A DNA stretch of 62,784 bases, the filler included, from Circinaria calcarea (taxonomy: Eukaryota), in NCBI GenBank assembly GCA_051942165.1. It is 7 parts of 7 records of this genome, joined end to end, with 100 filler letters (N's around TTAATTAATTAA, not from the genome) between each part and the next. Parts side by side here need not be neighbours in the genome. Positions count along the whole stretch, not along the records: positions 44,934 to 53,812 come from JAVECS010001035.1; positions 53,913 to 62,784 come from JAVECS010001036.1; 5 more parts are not named here. The stretch is one strand, 5' to 3'. Positions within the stretch are counted from its first letter, which is position 1, and the number at the start of each line of letters is the position of its first letter. The notes beneath the pieces were generated by a model. It searched no databases. It was not told the DNA's origin and saw only the letters and a list, made by a program, of their open reading frames with translations. The position numbers and the translations under genes are program-made. Shown in pieces: positions 48,930 through 60,662 of this stretch.

Positions 48930-50872
48930 TTAGTACCGGTTGAGTCCCAGCACGTTTTCGATCCTTTCGCGGCACTTGAGAAAATCGTCCAAATTTGCCA
49001 CCGCTTCTTTCTGTCGTTTGTTCGGGCGCTCGATGATAACCGCTACTCCCGGCATGTTCTTAATCGGGAGCAACTGCAACAGATAAGCATGATAGCCAGC
49101 CTCGACACCTCTAAGGAACGTCTTTTCTGAGCTTTGATTGCCCTCAAACTGGAACGACTCCGCAAAAACCAGTGCAGTAGTGTTAACGAGCGAAATCGGT
49201 ATCTTTAAGACGCAACCAAAGAAATGACCGAGACCGTAACCCGTATCCTCGTCCATCTCCACTACACTGTTCTCCAATTCCTTTCTGTACTCATATGAAG
49301 TGGTTGCCTTCTGAAAAGCATCCATTTGCAGTACTTCTCGGAGTCTGGAATGTGTCCTAAGATATTCTAACAGGTCCGGTTTCGAAAATACCGCCAAGAT
49401 GGCTTCAGGCTCAATGTACCCCCAGACAAGAACCTTTAATTAGTTAGTACCGGACTTGTGACGGAGAATGACCACTCACCTCACGAGCTCCGCGATAATT
49501 GAAAATTTGACCAGTCCTGGGACTCACTCCAGGAATCTTAAACTTACGAATGACGGCTGATGCGTAATAGAGGCGAGGGAAGGTCCATGGTTGATGAGTT
49601 TTCAAGTACCCCAAATCGATCATAGCAACCTTGCCGTTGGATGTTGACCGTAGACATCGATGTAGAGGCCGTAGTGGAGATGTCGTTATCGATATGAGGC
49701 AAGAGGGTTTCTCCAGAGGAGTTATGTGATTGATGGCGATATCTCTAAACGTTGAGCTATTATGGTCCGGAGGGGGCGGTATCGGATCAAGCGTAGTAAC
49801 AGGGAACGCCCCGGCGCGGAAACCTTCCTCCGTATTCGTACCATGGCTAGAAAATGTTAACAAATGACATCTAGATCATGTCGTGGCAGCTCTACAAATA
49901 CCTATAGTCATCCCAGATTCTGAAAGCTAGCCCACAGGTTTTTGGACGGGGCCGTTCGTATTTCCAGGGTCTCTTTTTGATGAATCGACGGGAATTTCTT
50001 GCGGCACAAGGGCTGTTTTGGGACGTTCTGATCTCCAAAGGGTCCGAGGTGGAAGAATGACCCAAAGCAAATTGCTGCAGATTCATCCCTTGCAACCTTG
50101 ATGAAGGTGTGAGATCAATGCAGGAGTGCATGGGACCGGGCACAGTGCTGTGGGGACTTTCAGGTGGGGTGAGGAGACCATGATATTTTCGCTGCTGAGG
50201 TCTTCGGGGAGTTGAAGAATTTCCCGACGCACATTTACGACGCCTCTTCGAAACGGCTATCTCATTATCTTCACTAATGTCGTTACCATCGACGACGTTA
50301 CCCAAGACGCCAGAATCAGAATCCCGTGTCTTCCTCTTCTTACGTTTGATACCATTACCTAGCCTTGCTTTGACTCGTATCTTGTTTTCGGAAACCTTTT
50401 CAATCAAGTCAATTCCATTCCCAAGCGTGAGTGCCGACAGCTCCGCTCTGGTAACAGCCCAGTGATATTCGCTATCGGAAAAATCGGTATTGGTGTACAC
50501 GTTTCTCCATGCCACACTTTGCTCTCCTTGTTGCCAGATATCGTGAATTTGGGCGGACAGCGCAGCAGGCGTAAGGGCCGCTCTCGTAGTTCTGGAATCG
50601 AAATCACTGGCGGCAAAGTAAAGGACGAAGACCTGGAGTATTGCCCGGAGAGTAGCAGATTGGTTACCTTTATCCTTGGAAGATGAGTACCACCTCTCTA
50701 GAATACATAGTACAGTTCTCTCGTCGTCGCTCCATCTATGTGGTGGTTTACGTTTCAAAGGGTCCGGGAACCGTAATCGAGTGGTGCTAGTTGTGTTCAA
50801 AGTCTGCTCGGAATTTGGAGGTACTGGCAAGAGTGGCACTCGAAAATCAAACCCAGTGAAAAGCTTCATCAT
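48930..50872 (-). CDS. Hypothetical protein with C-terminal R-S-E (ADP-ribosyltransferase-like, DUF7587-like) domain; exons ~50872-49902, 49846-49480, 49433-48930; start uncertain (frame open from 51139)
   Basis: Two canonical introns join three ORFs: LAFRIWDDY-SHGTNTEEGFRAG, LISITTSP, YRGARE-VLVWGYI. Confidence 0.65.
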
Positions 50873-51408
50873 GGATATGATGGTGAAGTGAGAGAAGTGG
50901 GAGCAAGACTGCAAAGCCGCCAGGACAATAGCAGTCAACGAGCTAGCAGTCACTATACCAAGCTGAAGGTGAAGTGAAGAATTGAGACGGAGAGAAGCTC
51001 TCGGACGGCAAGAATGAAGGTGTAAGCAAAGAGGAATTTGGTAATCATTTCGTGTTTTAGGGCAAGGTGGGTGCCGAAGCTCGCCAAAACACGCAAATGT
51101 AGACATCATAGCTTCTCCTAGAGGAACAGAGCAGTTCATTCATAGATATTCTCATATACTATACCGTAGTAATTCAAGATGTGAGTTGTAGAAGAGGTGT
51201 GAGAGTTCAAATCAGAGGACGTTTGGTGATGAAGGTAAGGAGTAGTTCGGAGATGAAATGATTGCCTCCCTGCCCTAAGCCGAGATATGGGTCCGTGCTC
51301 AGCCCTGTTGAGCCGCTTGTTCCCGGATCTTTATCGAGATAGGGTAGGGCATCTCCATCTGATCCCATTCCCAACTGACTGATTTGACGACCCTTCGGTT
51401 TCTTCCCA

Positions 51409-51786
51409 ATGGACCCAATTGACGCGACAAATTACCTGACATCTCTTCTCAACAGGCTCCTTCGAGTTCACACCAACGACACCCGCATGTTCGTCGGCGA
51501 GTTCAAATGCACCGACAATGTACTTTTCTTTGCCTATCTCTTCTATCGAACCTAACTACATGGCTAACCTACTCCGAAACAGGAACGCAATATCATCCTC
51601 GCCCGTTGCTATGAGTACCGTCCTCCCACTACTCAATCGATGCTCTCGCTCGCACCTACATCACCGACTGCAGACTCGCACTCACCACCGGAGATGAAGA
51701 AAGCAGACATGACGAGTCGCTTCCTAGGACTAGTGGTGGTACCCGGCCATTGTATAGTCAAGATCGAAGTGGAAGAAGCCGTGTGA
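51409..51786 (+). CDS. MAK31: LSM-domain NatC auxiliary subunit (Mak31/Naa38); exons 51409-51519, 51583-51786; not in the ORF track
   Basis: LTSLLNRLLRVHTNDTRMFVGEFKCTDN-ERNIILARCYEYR...SRFLGLVVVPGHCIVKIEVEE (Sm1 and Sm2 motifs). Confidence 0.85.
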
Positions 51787-52807
51787 AACTGAACCTGGAA
51801 AGTGGAGACCAGCCTGATTACATGGGGAGAATTCCGTACGCTACGGAGCACAGCAAAGGTACTGAATCCGCCGTCTCGAATACGGCAAAGAATCAACCAG
51901 GAAGACTACCGTGCAGTCCCGCGAAAGGGTGGCTAGTAAATTTATTGGAGAAGGTTTCTCATGGGTATCGGAGGCTGGAACGCTATTTGAGTTGAAGGAA
52001 GCATAGTTGGATTGCAATGAAATCACGTCTGAGCAACACTCCAGCCAACCGCGTATGCTGCGTTGCATACCTGCTCAGCAGGAGTAGAAAAAGGAAGACA
52101 AGGGCGGCTTCCCCCATTACCAACCCACTCTGCCAAGAGTTGCCATTAAAGCTACCAACCTCGCGCAAATCGATGAACCTACTTTCCTCCCAGAAGCCCA
52201 ATGTGCAAATTAAAATAGACATAATCAAGGATTCATCGGCCCAACGGATTCCAGATTCTGTCCGTCAATCATCGCCGCCCTCCGTCCAGTACCCTTGGCT
52301 AGGACTTACACTCCCCCAAGGACTGTAGAACCCACTAGTACCCCTGGGCTCTGGACTACCTACCTTACGGATTTCAGATAGGAAATGCTAGAGGGACCAA
52401 AAAGCAGCTACGGAACTTCTCCCTCGCACCGGCTGCAACTCAGCACACCGTCTCAGTTCTCGGAATCTTCACCCTGGCGCTTGGATTTCGGGTATGCATC
52501 CTCGGGGACGTTTCGGCAAAGATATAGTAGGAGCCACTGGGGCAAAAAGGCGAGAACGAGCGAAAACCTTGCTGGGAAACTTTCATTTCCTCTACTAGAG
52601 CCAAGCTCCGCTCAAACCTCGTCTCTATAAACAATCTTCCATAAGTCGTAACTACAATCTATCCTATTCCACGACACATCCAGTCATCCGGCCCGAATGC
52701 AACTATCATCCCCTGATCTGACCCTTTATACAAGTCCCCCCCACCCAAAAGCACGACAATGATCCCTTCGCTATGCACATCTCAAACTTCACTAGAACCC
52801 AAAGCCC

Positions 52808-53812
52808 TCAGACCCCAATCGCCTGCTCAAACTCCATATCCTGACTAGAGACCCGATCGTCAAACCGCGTTGGCCGCGCCTCAATCTGTAGCGCTTGGAA
52901 CTGGTGCCAGCAGCTGCAAGTGACCATCAGTACATGAATCCACCTTTCCACTGCAGGTCAGGAGGGGCGGAGGAAATGACTTACTCAGGCGCCTGAAGCA
53001 CATACCTCCCCATCGCTTCCCTAAACCGGCTCTTATACTCCCTCGGCGACGTGACGGTGGGCCGATTCTTCCCGCGATCCTTTATCCAGCTCTCGAGCTT
53101 CTTGTCCCAGGTATAGGTGCGGATGCAATCGATGATGCCCACGACCAACTCTTTCCTGTCTTCATCGATGGCGATCATGAGCGAGTAGTCCATGACGTTC
53201 TGCCGCGAGAGGAAGAGCGTGTCATTGTAGACGCTTGCTCTGAGCAGCTTCTTGGAATGCTCGCGCGCAAATAGGGGCGACTCGTAGATGAACTCGACCA
53301 TGTTTTCGTCCAAGAGGACTTCGTTCTGCTCGCCCGTGGATTGGATGCGCCGGTTGCGCATGGAGCCTTTTAGGTCGAAGATACGCGTAGGCGAGCGGTC
53401 GTAGAAGAGGTTCTCCATGACGAGGAGGAACCAGTTAAACTCGACGCCGGTGACGGGGTTTTTGATGACGATCTGGTAGAAGCCGAGCATCTTGGCGATG
53501 ACGGACGGAAGCGCATGGAACAGGGCCTCGGACATGATCCGAAAGTAAGCGGGAGCAAACCGAAGGAAGGCTTGCGTCTCGATGGGGGAGAGAGATTTGA
53601 GAACAAGGCGATCGTCGAGTGTCTTGAGGAAGACCGACTTAGTTTTGCCACCTTTGGAATCCCATTTCAAACATCTAGATAAGGACTCGACGATTCGCTC
53701 TGCAACGCCACATTTTCGGCGAACAGCATCGAATTGTTCGGCGTAGAAAACCTTGCAAAGCATTTTTGCCGAGCCCTCTTGGAATTGATACTTGAGATGG
53801 GTGCCGGTCGAT
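52808..53812 (-). CDS. FAB1: 1-phosphatidylinositol-3-phosphate 5-kinase, C-terminal kinase domain, 5'-truncated; exons >53812-52985, 52913-52808
   Basis: WDSKGGKTKSVFLKTLDDR, VMENLFY, FDLKGSMRNR, VMDYSL, GIIDCIRTYTWDKKLESWIK, PTVTSPREYKSRFREAM. Confidence 0.96.
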
Positions 53813-53912
53813 NNNNNNNNNNNNNNNNNNNNNNNNNNNNNNNNNNNNNNNNNNNNTTAATTAATTAANNNNNNNNNNNNNNNNNNNNNNNNNNNNNNNN
53901 NNNNNNNNNNNN
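53813..53912. other. Artificial contig-joining linker
   Basis: N44-TTAATTAATTAA-N44. Confidence 0.99.
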
Positions 53913-54200
53913 CGCTGGACCCTTCACAAGCACATTCGTCGGCCAAAAGTAGTGTCCCACCGTGCAGTGCTGATACCTGGAGTCAAGGGTGCTGCGTTAC
54001 GGCAGGCCGTTGTGAGCTTGTGGACCCGACAGAGCCTGGCGAGGATCGGACCCGATGGGCAGGTGACCGAGGGGACAGGGGCGGAGAAGGTGGTGCAAGA
54101 GTATGTGGTGGTGCAAAGGCGGATGTGGAAGGAGAAGGAGGAGCCGTGGATGGTGTGGGGAACGGTGGAGGAATCGGATTGGAAACAGATTGTGTACTGA
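53913..54200 (+). CDS. Tim44-like domain protein (Mba1/mL45-like), C-terminal fragment
   Basis: AKVVSHRA, LRQAVV...RQSL, EYVVVQRR...EEPWMVWGT pattern. Confidence 0.65.
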   Translation, partial: RWTLHKHIRRPKVVSHRAVLIPGVKGAALRQAVVSLWTRQSLARIGPDGQVTEGTGAEKVVQEYVVVQRRMWKEKEEPWMVWGTVEESDWKQIVY

Positions 54201-54286
54201 CCCGCGGCATATCTAGGCCCGTGTTTAAAGTATTGCCCATGGTGAGGATGCAGATCAGCATCGGAGATATCATCAGCACTTGGAGC

Positions 54287-54374
54287 TTCTGTACATCATG
54301 TATGAGTTTTCGCAGTAAATATGAAGCTGTTTCTGTACATCATGGATGAGTTTTCGCAGTAAGATTGAAACTGT
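54287..54374. repeat. Tandem duplication of a 44-bp unit (2 copies)
   Basis: TTCTGTACATCATGTATGAGTTTTCGCAGTAAATATGAAGCTGT followed by TTCTGTACATCATGGATGAGTTTTCGCAGTAAGATTGAAACTGT. Confidence 0.85.
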
Positions 54375-54524
54375 TCAGCATGTATGGACGGTAATATATG
54401 ACCATGTAGATGATAATAGGATCCTACTCGATAGACTACAGCCGCCTACACGTTACCCTCCGACACTGGCACTAAAGCAACCATATTTCTCTCGCTAGCC
54501 TGGCAGGGACGCGATCTTTGAACA

Positions 54525-56932
54525 TCAGAAAAAGGAGCCTTTTGCGGGTTTTGCAGCGACACGGTCCACCGGCTCGCCATCCTCCTCGGACCAAGCCTCC
54601 GTCGCAGCAAAATTGGCTAGCCGGCGCGGAGGTGGACAATCGAGCGCATCGAACCTTTTTCCCGTGGCCTTAGCCACAGTCCATTGGACAGCTAAGCGCA
54701 AAGCAAAAGCGCCAAGGCCCCATAGTAAACCACCCACAGGAGCCGCGACAAAGGCGCCTGGGTGACCGTCAGTTTCTGCAATACAGCGATGATCGTGGCA
54801 TGGTAACGAACCAAAAACGCTCCAATCATCAGCATAGAGCCCGTTCTCGAGCAGCAGGAGGTTTGCCCCGTCTCGCGCACTACCGGTATAGACTGTTCCG
54901 AAGATGAACACCGTCAACAGGCCGCCGAGACCACCGACCACGACCTCAAAACCTCGCCACCAGTAGCATCGGCTGTTGAGTCCGATGACAAGCACAGGGA
55001 CCGAGCTCGCACTGACAAGATCAGAGATTAAGTAAATCTGTAGAACGCTTGGACTCTTTAAAGCCACGACGACAACCGGGATAATGACAAGGATGACCGC
55101 CAATCGGATCCACCAAAAGTTCAACCTATTACGGAACAAGTCGTTACTACCGGTAGACACCATGGCTGACTGTAAAGTGTCGAACGCGGCGGTACTGAGA
55201 GAAACTGTCATCACTAGCACGATGCCCACAACCCATGCGGGGAGTTGCTCAAGAAGGAGAAAGAACGCAATACTGCCTTCCTGAGGTGGATCGCCCGGCC
55301 AAGCACCCGTCCAGGCTGCTAGCAGTCCCGTCGTGCCCACAAGGGTAAGAATGATCGCCACAGCCACTGTAGCAATCGAGGTTCCGATGACCAAGTCCTT
55401 GTCGGTTTTGGATGCAAAGGTTCGCATCCAAAAGCCGGAGATGAAGAAGTCATTGGTCAGAATTGCCACCGGGAGGATGTAGATAAGTTGCCAGCCCAGC
55501 AAGCTGGAACCGAGGAGCCCTGATGACTCGACCAAACTCCTGTCCACATGCGTCTCGACTCCAACAGTGATAACGGCAATGATGATTAAACCAAGCACCA
55601 TGGCACCTTGGATGTTGTCTGTTATAAAGGAGATGCGAAAACCACCCAGCGCTAGGACCCACATTAGACAGCCCAATACGCACGGGTCCAAGACTGCCTA
55701 CAGGTATAAATGGTAGTGACCCCACATTCAACGATCACAGCGGGGAGCCCATCCAGGCCGGTCAAGGCACTGATGATCTGCTGCAGTGCAGACAGCTCTG
55801 CAACCATGTAAAGAAACAAGGTGACTAAGCTAAGGGATATTGAGACTAGCAACTGATTGGGCAGGATGCGAACTCACGTCAATAGGCTCAGGTAGAGTGC
55901 GGCCACTATCCCGTACCTTTGCCTCGTCCACTCAGTGAGTACAAAGCCCTCCGGACATTTCCTCCTAATGATAGGGCCGAGCCAGCCAAAGGCTAGAAGT
56001 GGCAGTGAGGAAGCCAGCGCGTAGACAACCAGTCCCTGTACCCCGGCGATTGTAGAGATCTCCGGATAAGCAAATAGGATGCCTGAGCCCAAAGCTATTG
56101 GAATCACAAATAACGGCCTAAATCAGCAAATGCGTCTTATCAAGCAAGGCGGAAGAAGGGGAAGCGGCAGCACGTTCCCCACGCAAGCATTAACTTGATC
56201 GAGTAGTCACGGTGCGATCTCAGCTTCGCGCGGATATGGCTCGGCAGATCTCTCCAGGCCATTGGCTTCGAGTTGGATCTGTGAGGATTGCCAGCGCTCA
56301 GCGCCCGTAGTGAAGCCGCACAATATCCCCACACTCAACAATACCACTGATCGGGCCAAGGGAATCATTCGATCCCGTCAAGGCGCACAAACAGCAGCAT
56401 CCCGAGCACAGGAGCTTGTGTTGACTCTGCTGATACGAACCTGGTCATCATGTCCCTTTCATGACTCCGTAGCATGTCTGCCAAAGCAGTGTTGTTTCTG
56501 CTCGCGATTGGAGCCTTCGCTGCCGCTTCACATAGTGATTGCTTGTGTACGGATACACTCACCCGAAGCTACGAAATTGAGGGCGAGTGGGATCGCTGTA
56601 GAGAGTATGTCAGCCAGGTCTTGCACACACAGCCAGAAGGACAGGTCCAGGGACGTGGGTCAATAGGTGAAGAAGGCTGTCTCGCCACGCGCAAGAGGTC
56701 TAACCCTTCTGTGTCCGGTTGGCGGCCAGGAACTCCGACTTGGATTGATGCCGCCAGCGCCAAGCAATGCAGACACCTACAAGCCTGTATGAAAGATGAT
56801 CAGTGGTACTCTTGGACGGTTCGAGTTTTGGTATTTCGTAGACAGAGGGTAATATCGATAGGGCGCGTACAGGAATAGTCCATAAGTCACGTAGATGATG
56901 GCGTTCGATGCCTCAAACGACGGCTGACCCAT
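54525..56932 (-). CDS. Sodium:solute symporter family transporter (Dur31/NCU01977-like, putative thiamine or precursor uptake); exons 56932-56871, 56784-56705, 56595-56563, 56094-55878, 55829-55702, 55651-54812, 54757-54525
   Basis: MGQPSFEASNAIIYVTYGLFL, EFLAANRTQK-AIPLALNFVAS-ALGSGILFAYPE, IYT-SLGGFRISFITDNIQG, FWMRTFASK; many TM helices; all introns GT-AG. Confidence 0.9.
56175..56316 (-). promoter_or_regulatory. TPP riboswitch aptamer in intron 3 (56095-56562) of the SSS transporter
   Basis: Minus strand reads CUUCACUACGGGCGC...(extended P3)...CUGAGAUCGCACCGUGACUACUCGAUCAAGUUAAUGCUUGCGUGGGGAA: CUGAGA at 56218-56223, P2 ACGG/CCGU, GAU-CAAG-UUAAU-GCUUG-GCG P4/P5 core. Confidence 0.92.
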
Positions 56933-57780
56933 TGTCGAACTCGTCGACGCCGTATGAATACGAGGTGTTGCAACGTCTCTGGGCAGACAATCTTCGGATC
57001 ACCTTGGATGTTGGCGGACAGGTTTTCCGCCCAAACCACTCCGCCCTGCTTACCTTATCAATTATGTCATGGGTTGATCCGCGAAGTAAGGGATGTCGGA
57101 GAGTAACTGACGGCTCAACGTTGAATAGGGAGTCCGCTGTTCATCAATCCAGTACCCACTACAAATCCTTCTCCGCACCTAATCAATAACGTGGAAGCGA
57201 TTCAAAGTGCTATGGAGATTATTGACATGGTATCTTAAGGTACATGGCAGCAAAGGGCAAAGCTCATCGATGCTGCAACAACTGCGATACATCTAATTGA
57301 CAAAGATGGGAGCACATAGATAGCAAGGAATCAATACATTGCCATACGAAATTGTCCACCGCTGAACCATAGATCTTCTCCTCGTCCGCTCGTTCACCCA
57401 ACGACAGCGGCCCTGAGAGATCTCTGCGTGTAGATTTTCGACAGCCACAGTGAGAGGCAAACTACCATCACCCTCTCACCTTTTTATTTTCCTTTGAGCA
57501 ATCATTCCGAGAAGCATAACTTTTTATGGGTGATCCGAGGACATTGTCAAGGTCTATCTTCGTGACAGCGGCAGGCGGAAAATTACCTGATGATGGGCAG
57601 ATGGATTTTCAGCCACCGAAAGTCTGACAAATGTTTCTACAATGTAGGAACGTAGCAAAGACAGGAAGCCTGTGGACGCAAGCGACCAAGGCCATGCAAG
57701 CACACTGCGAGGACAACACGAGATTCGATGTCCAGAATTAAAGCCAGTGTACGTTAGCTATGTCGCCGTGCCGAAGACCA

Positions 57781-60662
57781 TTAGCGGTTGCTCCCGGTGT
57801 TGTTCGTCGAGGTTGCCGTGTTTCCTTCTGTGTTCGCTGGCGGCCAGACGTATGGAGCAGGCATCGGGTAGTTGTGGTATTGGATATAGGACCCTGTGTT
57901 CTGAGGATACTGGAACTGACCCATTGTCTGAGACAACTGTTGCTGCGCGGTTCCATGGATAGGGCTACCATTGTGCGTAGCGCCGGTAGTGTCGCCATCA
58001 ATATTCGGTTCTTGAGTGCCGTATTGTCCGTATTGAGGAGCGTAGCAAGGGTAGTATGGATACTGGGCATACATCGCCGGAGCCATGGGAGTATGAGACA
58101 TGTTCTGGGATGGGCTGACACTGAATAGAGTAGCAGCGGCGATCGGGTTAATTCCCATCGCAACCGCACGATGATACAAAAGAGCGAAGGAGTCAGGAGA
58201 CTCGAGACCGTTGCGGTTCCGAGGACTGCCTGCAGAGGTCATTCGTGAACGACGCGATAGGCTATCAGAAGGCTCTTTGAGTTCAACGCGAAGATGGGTT
58301 CCTTGGATGAAGCGCTGTCGGTATAGCTGATCAGTTTGGCAGTCATGTGTGAGACACTCAAAGGACTTACGTCATGTGAGATAGCCCTCAAAGCTTCCTC
58401 TTCATGGCTGAACTCGATGTATGCGAACACGTTAAGCCCGGTCGTAACTATACTGTCGTTAGCAAGTGTTCGCAATGGAGGTTGAATAACCAGAGGCTTA
58501 CCGTTGGGTGATGGCTTCGAAATAACCTCAATTCCATTGATCCGGCCACAGGACCCAAATACCTCAGCGAGCTGTTCCTGAGTGACTGTGGATGGCAAGT
58601 TCCCAACAAAGATGCAACAACGATCAGCAGCTCGCCTCATACGTGCTTGCGGCGAATTATAGTCACGGATAGGACTACCTCTAGCGGCAGCTGGAGGAGT
58701 CATATGGCGGCTATTGAGACGGCTACGAATTTCATCCGGGACTGGTGGCTGCTCAAGACGATAGGTTGCACTGTCTCGCATACCCTATTACTGGTCAATA
58801 TCGAAGATAGTACCCAGCAAGTGTATCTTACAGATTGAGCATCACGGCAATCTTGAAAGTATGCAAACATAACCCAGATACCATCTGTTACCGGTCAACC
58901 ATGATCATCTTGTCTAGAGAGTATTCCTTACCTGGAAGACGGAACATCTCTTTATCAGTCGGAGTACAGAGCCAGATCTTTTCCAGGGCACCGTATCGAG
59001 ATAAGACGCTACGAGCTTCATCCTCCGAGATTGGACCTCCAGCAATTCGCGAAAGGTACAGGGAACCTGAAGTTGAAGTCAGTTGATTAAGGAATCCGAG
59101 CTCCGGGTTCGGCAGGGTGTTCTTACGATTAACTCTAGCACGCTCCGTACGGCACGAACGTCCGTCGATAAGCAAACCTCGACCATTCTGGATTGCGCGC
59201 TCCGAGTCGGCAAGGTGCTAAAGTTGTCAACAGGGTCGTATATGAACAGCTCGACAAACATCATACCTCGTACTGGCAAAAAGCATATGGCATGCCTCTA
59301 CTATCGCGACGGATTTTGACATATACGGTACCGAAAGCCGAGAACTCGCGTTGCACCGAGTGTTCGAGCTGGTCGTCGGTACGTGAAGTTGAAAGACTGT
59401 GATTCATCAGCTGAAGCGATCGGGTACAAAGTCGGCTTGCTTACTTGGCTACGAAAACGCAAGCATTTGGTGGCAGAACAGCTTGGGCATTATCGCCATC
59501 GATCTGAAGACCGGCTCTATCCTCACGGGGACGAAACTGCACCGTGTCATCCCCAACTTGTAGGCAGTGATGTTAGCGCGTACTCTACATAGAAGACGAG
59601 ATTTGAGCGGGAAGCTAACCTTTAGTTACTTGTTCTGGAGTCCGGGTAACAAAAGGATCGGGTTGACTGGCAGACTCTTGGACGAAGCCGCTCCGACGCC
59701 AGGTTGGACTATCCATGATGGATGACTGCTTACGCTGAGCTGTTGGAGATGATCCAGCGGAGGTATTACTGTAACGGGTGGCTTTGTCCCAGGTAGCCTT
59801 CTGAGAAGGAGAAGTCTCGACGGCACCAAGGCCATGAGGAGTGTCGATGCGATTTCCTGGATGGACATAGTGACGGCTGGCTGGATGATCTCCAGAGGAT
59901 CCTTCGGTGTAGTCATCGACACCGCCAAGTTGCGTAGACTTTAAAGAACGAATGAGTATTGCTGGATCTAGAAGAGAGACAGTCAGTTGAAGATGGCATG
60001 TCTTGGGTCGGGGCCGTAGGAAAGGGTTGAAAAGATGGAGTGACACAGGAATCCATGTAGGAATGTAACACAGGCACGGATGCGGAAATACCCAAACGCT
60101 AGAAACACGTCGATATCTACGAAGGCCAACAGGTTTGGAACATGAACAGACCACAAGACTGTAAAAATCAAGAATGCTGATGCGCAAGAGGCACATGATA
60201 CAGCAGTGTGTGAAATCGATGCAAAAGGTACGAGTCTGTAGCAGCAACGCGCTGGGAACATGAGCAAAGACTGACAGCTTTTCCAGAAGCCGCGATTCGC
60301 CAATTGATTGGCAAGAGTCTTCTACCGCGTAACATTGGCTATGCCACCTCCTCAGACGCAGAAGCGTGAGAGTGCTTGGTGGCAATGTGGACATAGAGGA
60401 GGGATACATCCACGACTGGCAAGAAGTGGAATGCAAGCAGAATGACTGGGGTGAATGACTTACCGTTGACCTCTTGTGGAGTAACAGGAACGCTGTCGCC
60501 GGCTGCAGTGCCGCCATACGTGCTGGCTGGAGAAGGCTCGTTAAGAGACGCTTGCTTGACCTTGGATGTACTCTGCTTGTCAAGATTGGGAATGACAATC
60601 TTGGCGGGATACTTGGACGCATCCTTGAAGGACTTGTCAGGGGTAGCAGGTGAGTAAGACAT
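57781..60662 (-). CDS. RIM4: Rim4-like meiotic RNA-binding protein with three RRMs and a Q/Y/P-rich low-complexity C-terminus; multi-exon, first exon tentative
   Basis: PPNACVFVAN, FSAFGTVYVKIRRDSRGMPYAFCQYE, IDGRSCRTERARVN, SLYLSR, IFVGNLP...FAYIEF; tail MYAQYPYYPCYAPQYGQY. Confidence 0.8.
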
